Positions 37,602-46,852 of a DNA stretch of 64,000 nt are shown here, in pieces. The DNA is taken from the NCBI GenBank assembly GCA_038231275.1, contig JBBRLQ010000002.1, positions 256,001 through 320,000 on the forward strand. Direction: 5' to 3'. The stretch is from Polyangiales bacterium. GTDB taxonomy: Bacteria > Myxococcota_A > Polyangia > Polyangiales > Polyangiaceae. The notes under the pieces are model-generated. The model ran no database searches, was not told the origin of the DNA, and saw only the letters and a list, made by a program, of their open reading frames with translations. The number at the start of each line of letters is the position of its first letter. Positions within the stretch are counted from its first letter, which is position 1. The translations under genes and the position numbers were made by a program.

Positions 37602-38246
37602 CTACGCCGTCCGCCAGTGGGCGTCGTACGCCTCGATCACGCGGCGCTCCACGTCGTCGATGCTCCCGATCGCGTCGACGAGGACGATCTTGTCCTTCGG
37701 CATGTGGCGCGGGAGCTCCTTGTAGAAGGCGGCCAGCGCGCGCTGCACCTCGTTCTGCTCGTACAGCTGCGCGGCCTCTCCGCGCGCTTCGCGGCGGGCG
37801 GCGCCGACGTCGGGCGGCACATCCAGAACGATCGTGAGATCGGGGCGCAGCGCGAGATGGTTGATCTCGCGGATCCACTCGATCGTGGCCTCTCCCCCTC
37901 TCCCGCTGCTGACGCTCTGGTACGCGAGGCTCGAGGCGTCGTACCGGTCGCTGAGGACGACGCCGCCGGAGGCCAAAAAAGGCTCGATTTCGCTCTCGAC
38001 GTGATCCATTCGATCCGCCGCGAAGAGGAGCGCCATCGTCGCCCAGCCGGGCGCGCGCCCGCCTGGAAGGACGATGCGACCCGTGAGCACCTGCCGCACG
38101 AGCGTGCCGACCGGCCCATCGCTTGGCTCGCGCGTCGTCCGCACGGGGCGGTCGCCCTTCTTCTTCAATCGATCGGCGAGGCGAGCGACCTGCGTGGTCG
38201 TTCCCGCGCCGTCGATGCCCTCGATCACCACGAAGCGTCCGCCCAT
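37602..38246 (-). CDS. tmk: Thymidylate kinase
   Basis: FVVIEGIDGAGTTTQ, TREP, LLFAADR, SDRY..SSLAYQ, PDLTIVLDV. Confidence 0.95.
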   Translation of the reverse strand: MGGRFVVIEGIDGAGTTTQVARLADRLKKKGDRPVRTTREPSDGPVGTLVRQVLTGRIVLPGGRAPGWATMALLFAADRMDHVESEIEPFLASGGVVLSDRYDASSLAYQSVSSGRGGEATIEWIREINHLALRPDLTIVLDVPPDVGAARREARGEAAQLYEQNEVQRALAAFYKELPRHMPKDKIVLVDAIGSIDDVERRVIEAYDAHWRTA

Positions 38247-38327
38247 CTTCTCCACGAGGCCTGACTTAGCGCAGGGCGCGCCCAACGTCACTACAGAGCG
38301 TCACTGGGGACGCGCCACCCCTCGGCG

Positions 38328-39215
38328 TCACGCGCCCGTCGAGCCCGGGCCGGGGACCGGGTCCTCGCCGAGGACGACGTTGTCGATCAGGCGCGTCGTC
38401 CCGATGCGGCAGGCCATCGCCACGAGCGCGCGATCTCCGATCGCGTCACCGTCGGGGATGGACGCGAGGCCGTCGGCGGTCGTGACGTCGACGTAGTCGA
38501 TCGAGGTGGCGACCGCCTGAACGGGAGCGCGCGCGAGGGCGCGGAGCTTCGAGGCGCTCCGTTCGCCGGCTGCGAACGCGCGGGCGGCGGCGGCGAGGCC
38601 ACGCGAGAGCGCCAGCGCGCTTGTGCGCTCCTCTGTCGACAGGTAGGCGTTGCGCGAGCTCATCGCGAGCCCGTCGGCCTCGCGGACGATGGGATGACCC
38701 ACGACCTCGACCGGCAGGAACAAGTCGCGCGCGACGCGCCGGAGGATCGCCAGCTGCTGGTAGTCCTTCTTGCCGAAGACGGCGACGCACGGCCCCGTGA
38801 GCGCCAAGAGCTTCGTGACGATCGTGGCAACTCCCTCGAAGTGGCCCGGGCGGAACGGCCCGCAGAGAGAGGCCGCGAGGGTGCCGACGTGCACGCGTGT
38901 TTGCTCCCCTTCCGGGTACATCGCCCTACCCTCCGGCGCGAAGACCAGATCGGCGTGCGCCGTCGCCAGCTTGCGACGATCGCCGTCCAGATCGCGCGGG
39001 TATTTCGCGAAGTCTTCGTGGGGGCCGAATTGGGTGGGATTCACGAAGATGGAGACGACGACGAGATCCGTGCGCGCCTTCGCCTCCCGAACGAGCGCGA
39101 GATGACCTTCGTGGAGCGCGCCCATCGTCGGGACGAGACCGACCTTCTGCCCGCGCGCGCGCGCCTCGTCGCACGCGCGGCGGAAGTCCTCCGGAGACGT
39201 GACCGCTTGCGTCAT
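38328..39215 (-). CDS. panC: Pantoate--beta-alanine ligase
   Basis: [50 protein letters not shown]. Confidence 0.97.
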   Translation of the reverse strand: MTQAVTSPEDFRRACDEARARGQKVGLVPTMGALHEGHLALVREAKARTDLVVVSIFVNPTQFGPHEDFAKYPRDLDGDRRKLATAHADLVFAPEGRAMYPEGEQTRVHVGTLAASLCGPFRPGHFEGVATIVTKLLALTGPCVAVFGKKDYQQLAILRRVARDLFLPVEVVGHPIVREADGLAMSSRNAYLSTEERTSALALSRGLAAAARAFAAGERSASKLRALARAPVQAVATSIDYVDVTTADGLASIPDGDAIGDRALVAMACRIGTTRLIDNVVLGEDPVPGPGSTGA

Positions 39216-39279
39216 GGCACGCGAAGATAGCGCTCACTGTTTGCTTTACACGTCTCTTTCACGGCGTAAGCTGCCGCCG

Positions 39280-39876
39280 ATGCGTCCGATGCGTCCGATG
39301 CCGCCGACTGCACGCGCCGTTGCCCCTCGCGCGATCGCGGTCTCGATCGCCGTCCTCACGAGCGCGCTCGTCGCCGCGTGCGGGAGCCGCGGGCCGCTCG
39401 ATATCGAGATCGTTCAGGGTCTCGGCGCGGACGCCGCCGCCGACGCGACCGGCACGCTCAGCGACGCCGCCGCCGACGCGGACGCCGCCGAGACCTCGGT
39501 CGACGCAGGCCACGAGGCGAGCCTCGTCGACTGCGGCACCTGCGTCGCGCAGCAGTGTGGGCAGACGATCCTGAAGTGCGTCCAGTCGACGACGTGCCGA
39601 ACGACGCTGCAGTGCGCGGTTCAGAAGTGCTTCGCCGGCGGCAACACGAGCCCAGCGTGCCTCCTCCAGTGCTCCCCGGATCCGGCGGGCCTCCTTCCCA
39701 TCGTCTCGATCGTCTCGTGCATCGCCACCAAGTGCGGCGCCGACTGCACCTCGGTGCTCGGCGGCCTCGGCGGGCTTGGTGGCGGGGGCGGCGGGGGCGG
39801 CGGGGGCGGCGGCGGGGGCGGCGGCGGCGGCGGGGGCGGCGGGGGCGGCGGCGGGGGCGGGCGCGACGGCGGCTGA
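39280..39876 (+). CDS. Cys-rich lipoprotein with poly-Gly C-terminal tail
   Basis: Lipobox VAAC; CxxC...C pattern; 28 consecutive Gly. Exact start uncertain among tandem ATGs at 39280, 39289 and 39298. Confidence 0.78.
   Translation: MRPMRPMPPTARAVAPRAIAVSIAVLTSALVAACGSRGPLDIEIVQGLGADAAADATGTLSDAAADADAAETSVDAGHEASLVDCGTCVAQQCGQTILKCVQSTTCRTTLQCAVQKCFAGGNTSPACLLQCSPDPAGLLPIVSIVSCIATKCGADCTSVLGGLGGLGGGGGGGGGGGGGGGGGGGGGGGGGGGGRDGG
39778..39861 (+). repeat. (GGN)28 trinucleotide repeat encoding poly-Gly
   Basis: One GGT followed by only GGC/GGG codons. Confidence 0.92.
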
Positions 39877-39932
39877 TCCGTCGTCCGCGAGACGGCAGAA
39901 TCTCGACGGTTCGCGCGCGAGCGGGTAGATGC

Positions 39933-40979
39933 ATGGAGATGCTGGGGACTCGCTCTCGGAGGGGGAAGGCCGCGATCGTCGTCGCCCTGGCGATGGCGTG
40001 TGTCGCGACGGCTTCGAGCAGCAGCGCGGCAGAGCCTACGCAGACCGAGCTCCGAGAGGCGCGCGACCTGTTCGCGCGCGCGGAGAAGGACGAGAAGGCC
40101 GGGGACTGGAACGGCGCGCTCGAGAAGCTGCGCCGGATCACGCAGATCAAGGTGACGCCGGGTGTCCGCTTCCACATCGCGCTCGCCGAGGAGAAGACAG
40201 GCCAGCTCGTGGCTGCGCTCGCCGACTTCGCGCTCGCGGAGAAGCAGGCCACCGACGAGAAGAACCGTGAGGTCCTCGCCGCGCTGAAAGACCCGATCGC
40301 CGCGCTGCAGGCACGCGTTCCCCGACTGGTCGTCAAGGCGCCGCCCGACGTGAAAGGGCTCGAGGTGGTCGTCGACGGCAAGACGCTCGCCCCCGGCCTC
40401 TACGCCGCCGAGATGCCCGTCGATCCGAAGGCACACACCGTCGACGCGAGGGCGCCGGGGCGCAAGCCGTTCACGCGCACGATCATTGGGCAGGAGCGCG
40501 AGATCACCACAGTGGATGTGGTCCTCGACGACGACGCGAAGCCGGCGCCGACGCCTGGTCCCGCGCCCCTCCCGACGCCACGCCCTGCCCCGGTACCGAC
40601 GCCGAATCCACCGCCGAGCGCAGGGCCTTCGACGTCTGCGCCTCCGCCCAAGTCGGAGAGCAAGACGGCGGCGATCGTCGCCACGGTCGGCGCGGTCGCG
40701 CTCATCGGCGCGGGCGTCGGAGCCTTCTTCATCGCCGACGGTCAGCAGTCCGACGGTAAGACCCAGTGCGCCGCGCGCACGCCGCAGGCAGGTTGCGACG
40801 ATCTGCGGAGTCCCGTTCGGACATGGGACACCGTCGCGCTCGCGACGTGGGTGGGCGGCGCCGCGCTCGCGACGGTCGCGGTCATTCTATGGGCGAAGCC
40901 GAGCGCGTCGGCCACCACGAGCACGACGGGTCGCCTGTTCGTCGGACCCGGCGCCGCCGGCGTCGCAGGCACCTTCTGA
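39933..40979 (+). CDS. TPR + PEGA-like domain exported protein with C-terminal hydrophobic/beta segment
   Basis: Signal peptide; ARDLF...W..ALEKL...FHIALAEE; VVVDG...MPVDP..HTVDARAPG; Pro linker; ends GVAGTF. Confidence 0.85.
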   Translation: MEMLGTRSRRGKAAIVVALAMACVATASSSSAAEPTQTELREARDLFARAEKDEKAGDWNGALEKLRRITQIKVTPGVRFHIALAEEKTGQLVAALADFALAEKQATDEKNREVLAALKDPIAALQARVPRLVVKAPPDVKGLEVVVDGKTLAPGLYAAEMPVDPKAHTVDARAPGRKPFTRTIIGQEREITTVDVVLDDDAKPAPTPGPAPLPTPRPAPVPTPNPPPSAGPSTSAPPPKSESKTAAIVATVGAVALIGAGVGAFFIADGQQSDGKTQCAARTPQAGCDDLRSPVRTWDTVALATWVGGAALATVAVILWAKPSASATTSTTGRLFVGPGAAGVAGTF

Positions 40980-42160
40980 TGCGCGCCCATCACGTCGCCG
41001 CGGTCCTGGTCGGTGCGTCGCTCGCGGCGTGCGGGATCGACCTGTTCCACTCGACCGACTTCGACACTCTCTGCGCGAGCGATCCGACCGCCGACGCGTG
41101 CGCGTCCTCGCCCGACGCGACCGCCGACGGTCCGGGGACCAAGCCCGACGGCAACACCGGTGACGGAAGCGACACCGGCAACGGCGACGGCGGCGATGCC
41201 GAAGGCGGCACGCCGGGCGAAGGCGGCGGGCGCGACTCGGCGCCGACTGATTTCTGCACGTGGACTCTGACCGACGCGCACACCGCCGCGCGTCGCGCCT
41301 GCGCGTGGCTCGGCGCGTGCGTCGGCGCGCTCGGCCCGAACGATCTCGGGCAGTGCTTCGAAGACGCGCTTCGCGCCTACGACTGCCCGCTCTTCCCGAA
41401 CCGTCAGGTCACCGGCAAGCTCCACAAATACTGGGACTGCCTCCAGCAGGTAACGTCGTGCGCCGATGTGCTCTCGTGCGTGACGGCCGGCGCCGGCGCC
41501 GGGTGCAGCACCGGCGCAGGTCCCGGAGATTTTGCCGAGTGCGCCGCGGCTGGTGACGTCGGCTACGACTGCGCGCCCGACGGCGGCGCGCCGCTCGCCA
41601 TCGTCGGATGCCCGGGCCAAGGGCGCGCGTGCCAGACGGTCGGAAGCTCACCGCTCTGCGTGGGAACGGCGGGCGTCTGCGTAGGCTCGCCGCCCCCGTC
41701 GTGCAACGCCGCAAAGGTTCAATACTGCGGGGGCGGAACCGATCAGGGCGTCGACTGCGCGCTCTTCGGCGCGGGCAGCTGCGTGACGAACGCAGGCGTG
41801 GGCCCCTCGTGCCTCCCGACCGCCGGCGCCACCGCGTGCACGCCCGACGCGTCCGTCCTCTGCTACGGCGCGGTCGCCCTCGGCTGCCCTAGCGGGCGCA
41901 TCGAGTCGCTCGACTGCCACGATCTGCTCGAGAACGCGGGCACCTGTACGGGCACGAGCACCGGCCCCGCGTGGGACGTCGCGCGCGCGTGCACGGCGTC
42001 CGGATCCGCGTGCACGGCAGGGTGCACGAGCGACGGCGGCGTCGTCGGATGCCACCGCGGACCGCATCGCCTCGAGGTCAACTGCGCGGACTATGGATTG
42101 AAGCCGTGCAAGGCGGTCACGCACCTGTCGGTGAGCACGTACCAGTGCGCCCCGCCGTGA
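40979..42160 (+). CDS. Cys-rich lipoprotein
   Basis: TGATG coupling to the upstream gene; lipobox LAAC; D/G linker; many Cys. Confidence 0.82.
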   Translation: MRAHHVAAVLVGASLAACGIDLFHSTDFDTLCASDPTADACASSPDATADGPGTKPDGNTGDGSDTGNGDGGDAEGGTPGEGGGRDSAPTDFCTWTLTDAHTAARRACAWLGACVGALGPNDLGQCFEDALRAYDCPLFPNRQVTGKLHKYWDCLQQVTSCADVLSCVTAGAGAGCSTGAGPGDFAECAAAGDVGYDCAPDGGAPLAIVGCPGQGRACQTVGSSPLCVGTAGVCVGSPPPSCNAAKVQYCGGGTDQGVDCALFGAGSCVTNAGVGPSCLPTAGATACTPDASVLCYGAVALGCPSGRIESLDCHDLLENAGTCTGTSTGPAWDVARACTASGSACTAGCTSDGGVVGCHRGPHRLEVNCADYGLKPCKAVTHLSVSTYQCAPP

Positions 42161-42169
42161 CGGCGGCGA

Positions 42170-43507
42170 TTACTTGAGCGCCGATTCGAGCTGCTCGCGC
42201 GCGAGCTTGTCCGCCGCCGCGGCAGCGTTGTTGTCGTCGTCGCTCGCCGAGACCTTCCTCGCGCGCGGAACGGGCGCGGGCCTCGGAGCCGCAGCGACCC
42301 TCGGCTCCGGCGCGGGACGCGGCGCATAGTAGCGCGGCGCGGCCTTCGCGACGGGGGGTGCGGCGTAGGCGACCGGCGGCTTCTTGTCGGGCGTGGCGTT
42401 GGCGGTCGGCAGATCGTTCGTCGCGACGGTCTTCGTCGCGTCGCTCTTCGAGTCGGTGAGCGGGATCGGCGGGAGCGGCGCGGCAGCGGGTGCCGCTGCG
42501 ATCGGCGCGGGCGGGTTGATGGGGGCAGGGACCAGCGCGACGGGGAGCGGCGCAGGCGGCGCGATCGGGGCGACGACCGGCGGAGCGATCGGCGCGGCGG
42601 CCGGGAGCGGAGCGGGCGCGGCGGGCTGCGCAGCGGCGGCGCGCGCGGTCGAGTGTGCGGGGTCGACGAACGACGCCGTCGCGTCGATGAGCGAGTCGGC
42701 GTCGCCACGCGCGACGACCGCCGTGACGAGACCGACGAACACGCCCATCGCGAGGAGGGCCGCGGCCCACGACATCGTCGGGCGCCCGATGAGCACGCGC
42801 GTGCGGGTCGTGATGACGGTCGCCGGCGGGTTGATCGCCGGATCGCTCGGCGGCGCCGGCGGGATGGTGCTGCTCGGCGGCGGGGAAGGACTGTACGCAG
42901 GTACCTGACCAGACTGGTGGGCGCGAACGGCGGCGAGCGCCTGCGCGCGAACGCTCTGCGGGATCGCGGTCTGGCCGAGCATCGTCGGCGGCGTATTCAC
43001 GTGGAGACCGAAGCCGTTCGGCATCGGCGGCGGCGGCGGCACGAACGCGGCGGGGCGCGACGACGGCGGCGGCGGAACGGTGCGGGTGCTGGTGCTGGGG
43101 CGCGGCGAGAACGACTGCGCCGGCGTCATCGGGCGGAGCATCGTGCGCTCCTCGTCCTCACGACCTGCGCGCGGGCGGGTGGACGAGCGCGGCGCGTGCG
43201 AGCTGGCCGGCGGAAACGACGAGCCACGCTTCGACGGCATCACCGTCGTCATCTCTTCGTCGATCGAGCGCTGGAAGACGCGCGGGCGCTCGCTCGGCGG
43301 CGCCGGGTGCGGCGCCGGGTGCGGCACGGGGTGCGTCGCGGTGTGCTGCGCGGGGTAACGCTGCGAGACCGGCGGCGCCGTCAGGCGCGGCTTAACGTAC
43401 GAGGGCGGCGGGACGCTGCTCGGCATGCTGCGGACGACATCGATCTCCCCCGAGTCGACGACGTCGGCATCTTCAGGTCGGTTCGGTCGTTTCGTAAAGG
43501 GCAGCAC
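42170..43507 (-). CDS. Single-pass membrane protein with long Pro/Ser-rich disordered regions
   Basis: GTG start with GGAGG SD; TM WAAALLAMGVFVGLVTAVV; Pro/Ala-rich C-terminal region ending KLAREQLESALK. Confidence 0.75.
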   Translation of the reverse strand: MLPFTKRPNRPEDADVVDSGEIDVVRSMPSSVPPPSYVKPRLTAPPVSQRYPAQHTATHPVPHPAPHPAPPSERPRVFQRSIDEEMTTVMPSKRGSSFPPASSHAPRSSTRPRAGREDEERTMLRPMTPAQSFSPRPSTSTRTVPPPPSSRPAAFVPPPPPMPNGFGLHVNTPPTMLGQTAIPQSVRAQALAAVRAHQSGQVPAYSPSPPPSSTIPPAPPSDPAINPPATVITTRTRVLIGRPTMSWAAALLAMGVFVGLVTAVVARGDADSLIDATASFVDPAHSTARAAAAQPAAPAPLPAAAPIAPPVVAPIAPPAPLPVALVPAPINPPAPIAAAPAAAPLPPIPLTDSKSDATKTVATNDLPTANATPDKKPPVAYAAPPVAKAAPRYYAPRPAPEPRVAAAPRPAPVPRARKVSASDDDNNAAAAADKLAREQLESALK

Positions 43508-43738
43508 GTCGTTGCCTCCAGGAGGGCGAGGGAGAGAAGGGTCGCTTGAGGTCAATGCAGGTGACGAGCCAGCCGGCAAATCTTCCTCGTCACTTTTGGA
43601 ATCGCAAAAAAAATCTCCAAACCTTTTGAATTTGTAGTGTTTCGTCGGCTCGTGGCATTTCGCCCGTTGAACGTTTCCAGTCCCACTGGGTGACAACTCG
43701 GAAGTCCCTGGGGGTCCAAAGATCCAGGCGGCCGAACG

Positions 43739-43754
43739 TGGCATGATGTGCGCA
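43739..43754 (+). promoter_or_regulatory. Weak sigma-54-like motif upstream of the MoxR operon
   Basis: TGGCATGATGTGCGCA has GG-N10-GC spacing but lacks the TT of the -12 box. Confidence 0.3.
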
Positions 43755-43905
43755 TGGCGGTCCGAGCTGGATCGCCGAGCGCCCGGCAAGCTGCGACCGT
43801 TCGAGAGAGCGAAGAGGCCGCTCACGCGTACGAACGGAATGGACGGAGTGCCTGACTCGTCTCCCGTTGCGATACGTTGACGATGCGTCCCATCGAGGTT
43901 CCGGG

Positions 43906-45786
43906 TTGTTGACCAACGCCGATCGAAAGCCGACCTTCCCTCGCTTCCATCCGCTCTTCGAGCGATGGGCGCGGCGCGTTCGTGCGCGCCTTGCGTTACG
44001 TCACGCGCTCACAGGCGCCGCGATCGGCCTCGCGCTCGCGATGATTCCTGCGGCGCTCGCGTGGAAGACGCGCCACGGTCCGCTTCGACTCGCCGCGCCG
44101 ATCCTCGGCGTCGTCGGCGCGGGCGTCGGCCTCGCGATCGCGCGACGGCGGAGGTGGAGCGACACCGACGTGGCGCTGTATCTAGACGAGCGTCTCGACA
44201 CACAGGAGACGATCGCGACCGCGATCGAGATGCGCAACGAAGCGGAGCAAGACGACGCGGCGCGCGCGGTCGTCGTGACCAGCGCCGCCGAAGCGCTCGC
44301 GTCGCGTGATGCGAAGCGCGCGCGCCCTACGATGCTTCGTCCGATCCACGCGCTCGTTCCGCTCGCGGCGGCCGCGCTGATCGTGATCGCGCGCGCGCCG
44401 CTCCCGGCCGCCGCGAGCGTCGGCGCTCCACCCGGAACGGCGAAGGTGACGATCCGCGACGCCGAGGGCCTCGAAAAGATCGCCAAGCTGGCGCAGCGGG
44501 GCGCGCGCGACGAAGCGCAGCGGGAGCGCCTTCAGAAGATTGCGAAGGACGCGGAGAAGCTGAAAGAGGATCTCAAGAACGGCCTCGAGAAGCGCGACGC
44601 GCAGGATCGCATCTCGCGCCTCGAAGACGCGCTCGCGCAGGAGCGGCTGTCGCTCGGAGACGGCGAGAAGCGCGCGGGCCTCGAGAGCGCCGTCGGAAAG
44701 CTGCAAGAGAACGAGCTCACGAAGAAGGCCGGCAAGGCGCTCGGCGATCACGATCTCGAGTCGATGGACTCCGAGATGGAGAAGCTCGCCAACCAGCGCG
44801 AGAAGGCGGATCGCGAGCTCGCGAAGAAGGCGCTCGAGGACGCGGCAGACGCGGCGAAGAAGAACGGCGCCCCCGACGTCGGCAAGGCGCTCGACGATGA
44901 GAAGGCGCTCATGGACCGCCGCGGCAAGCGCGCCGAGATGCTGCGCGACCTCGCGAAGGGCATGGACAAGGCCGGCGAGTCGAACGACGAGCTGCGAAAC
45001 CAGGCCGAGTCGCTCGATCGCAAGGGCTCCGACGAGGCCGCCAAGAAGCTCGCCGAGTCGATGGGCAAGGCGCTCGAGAAGCTCACGCCGGAGGAACGCA
45101 AGCGCCTCGCCGACAAACTGCGCCAGATGGCCAAACAGAACCCCGGCGGCCAGAACGGGGACCCGCAGCAGCTCAAAGACCTCGCGGACGATCTGGCGAC
45201 GCCCGAAGGCGAAAAAAAGCTCGATGACGAGCTCAAGGATCTCGCGAAGGACGACACCGAGAGCGACGAAGCCAAGCGCCAGCAAGAGCTAGACGACGCG
45301 CAGCGCGGCGCACAGGACGCCGAACGCGACATCGGTAAACAAGGCCAGCAGGGACAACAAGGCCAGCAAGGACAACAAGGCCAGCAGGGACAACAAGGCC
45401 AGCAGGGCCAGCAAGGACAACAAGGCCAGCAGGGCCAGCAGGGACAACAAGGCCAGCAGGGCGGCACGCCGATCCCGATCCCGGGGAATGGCGCGCAGCC
45501 CGGTGGCACCGGCAGCCATCACGACACCGGCACCGGCGATCACACTGGCAAGACGGGCGCCGTCGACGCGCAGTCGATGAAGAGCCGCGCGAAGGGCCCG
45601 ATGAACAAGGGAACCGCGATGCCAGGCTCGGTGTCCACCTTCTCGCAAGGCAAGGCAGGCGGCACCGCGAACACGCGCGGTACCGGCGATCTGAAGATCG
45701 TAGGCCCGAGCGAGGTGGACGGCGTGAACCGCAGCGACGTGCCCGAAGAGTACCGCGATCAAGTGCGGCAGTACTTTCAACCGTGA
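43906..45786 (+). CDS. Membrane-anchored long coiled-coil protein with (GQQ)13 and acidic C-terminal motif
   Basis: Three hydrophobic segments; ALYLDERL...IATAIE; long E/K/A-rich coiled coil; ends VPEEYRDQVRQYF. Start uncertain (TTG 43906 with GAGG). Confidence 0.82.
   Translation: MLTNADRKPTFPRFHPLFERWARRVRARLALRHALTGAAIGLALAMIPAALAWKTRHGPLRLAAPILGVVGAGVGLAIARRRRWSDTDVALYLDERLDTQETIATAIEMRNEAEQDDAARAVVVTSAAEALASRDAKRARPTMLRPIHALVPLAAAALIVIARAPLPAAASVGAPPGTAKVTIRDAEGLEKIAKLAQRGARDEAQRERLQKIAKDAEKLKEDLKNGLEKRDAQDRISRLEDALAQERLSLGDGEKRAGLESAVGKLQENELTKKAGKALGDHDLESMDSEMEKLANQREKADRELAKKALEDAADAAKKNGAPDVGKALDDEKALMDRRGKRAEMLRDLAKGMDKAGESNDELRNQAESLDRKGSDEAAKKLAESMGKALEKLTPEERKRLADKLRQMAKQNPGGQNGDPQQLKDLADDLATPEGEKKLDDELKDLAKDDTESDEAKRQQELDDAQRGAQDAERDIGKQGQQGQQGQQGQQGQQGQQGQQGQQGQQGQQGQQGQQGQQGGTPIPIPGNGAQPGGTGSHHDTGTGDHTGKTGAVDAQSMKSRAKGPMNKGTAMPGSVSTFSQGKAGGTANTRGTGDLKIVGPSEVDGVNRSDVPEEYRDQVRQYFQP
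45343..45459 (+). repeat. Thirteen 9-bp units encoding GQQ
   Basis: ggccagcag / ggacaacaa / ggccagcaa units. Confidence 0.92.
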
Positions 45787-45820
45787 ACGCGCAGCCGCAA
45801 GAGAAGAGGAAGAAGCCGCG

Positions 45821-46852
45821 ATGATGGACAACTTCGAAGCTCGCCTCGCGAGCGCGGCGGGCACGGTCGCGACGCTGAAGGCCGCGGTCGCGCGCGTCAT
45901 CGTCGGCCAGGCGGCCGTAGTCGATCAAGTGATGTGGGGGCTGGTCGCGGGCGGGCACGTCCTGCTCGAAGGCGCGCCCGGCCTCGGCAAGACGCTGCTC
46001 GTCCGAACGCTTGCGCAGTGCCTGGACCTCCGCTTCTCGCGCATCCAGTTCACGCCCGATCTGATGCCGAGCGACATCGTCGGCACCAACGTCCTCGTGA
46101 TGGACGCCACGCAGCGCGCCGCCGGGAGCATGTTCTCACTTCAGCGCGGGCCCATTTTCGGGCAGATCGTGCTCGCCGACGAGATCAACCGCGCGACGCC
46201 GAAGACGCAGAGCGCGCTCCTCGAGGCGATGGCCGAGCACGCCGTGACGATCGCGGGGACGCGCCACGTGCTCGAGGAGCCGTTCTTCGTGCTCGCGACG
46301 GAGAACCCGTACGAAATGGAAGGGACCTATCCCCTGCCGGAGGCGCAGCTCGATCGCTTTCTCCTGAAGGTCATCGTGCCGAACCCGAGCGAGGACGAGC
46401 TCTGCGAGGTGCTTACACGAACCACCGGGCGCGGGCAGGAGGCGCCGCCACGAGTGCTCGGGCAGGACGGCGTGCTGGCGCTGCGCGTGATGTGCCGCGA
46501 GGTGGCGGTGGCCGAGCCGGTCGTGCGCTACGCCGCGAAGCTCGTGCGCGCGAGCGATCCGTCGACGCCCGAAGCGCCCGACGTCGTAAAGCGCGCGATC
46601 CGGTACGGCGCCGCGGTGCGTGGGGCGCAGTCGCTCCTCCTCGCCGCGAAGGCCGTGGCGCTCTGCGAGGGGCGCGCGCACGTGTCGTTCGCCGACATCG
46701 CGAAGGTCGCCAAGCCGGCGCTGCGCCATCGAATGATTCGCTCGTTCGAGGGGGAGGCCGACGGCGTGACCACTGACGCGATCGTCGACGCGCTGCTCGC
46801 CGCGGTGCCGACGCGCCCCGCCAACGTGGAGCGCGAGGGGGCGCGCGCGTGA
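45821..46852 (+). CDS. moxR: MoxR-family AAA+ ATPase
   Basis: GHVLLEGAPGLGKT, RIQFTPDLMPSD, LADEINRATPKTQSALLEAM, ATENP.E.EGTYPLPEAQLDRF, LRHR. Confidence 0.95.
   Translation: MMDNFEARLASAAGTVATLKAAVARVIVGQAAVVDQVMWGLVAGGHVLLEGAPGLGKTLLVRTLAQCLDLRFSRIQFTPDLMPSDIVGTNVLVMDATQRAAGSMFSLQRGPIFGQIVLADEINRATPKTQSALLEAMAEHAVTIAGTRHVLEEPFFVLATENPYEMEGTYPLPEAQLDRFLLKVIVPNPSEDELCEVLTRTTGRGQEAPPRVLGQDGVLALRVMCREVAVAEPVVRYAAKLVRASDPSTPEAPDVVKRAIRYGAAVRGAQSLLLAAKAVALCEGRAHVSFADIAKVAKPALRHRMIRSFEGEADGVTTDAIVDALLAAVPTRPANVEREGARA

Noticed and set aside
43508-43825. Upstream extension of the Pro-rich ORF given in the track
   Set aside because: It crosses an AT-rich promoter-like region; a GGAGG SD supports the GTG at 43507 instead.
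44748-45509. Antisense ORF with (PCC/PCW) repeats resembling a metallothionein or RiPP precursor
   Set aside because: It is the reverse complement of the GQQ repeat, with no independent coding signal.
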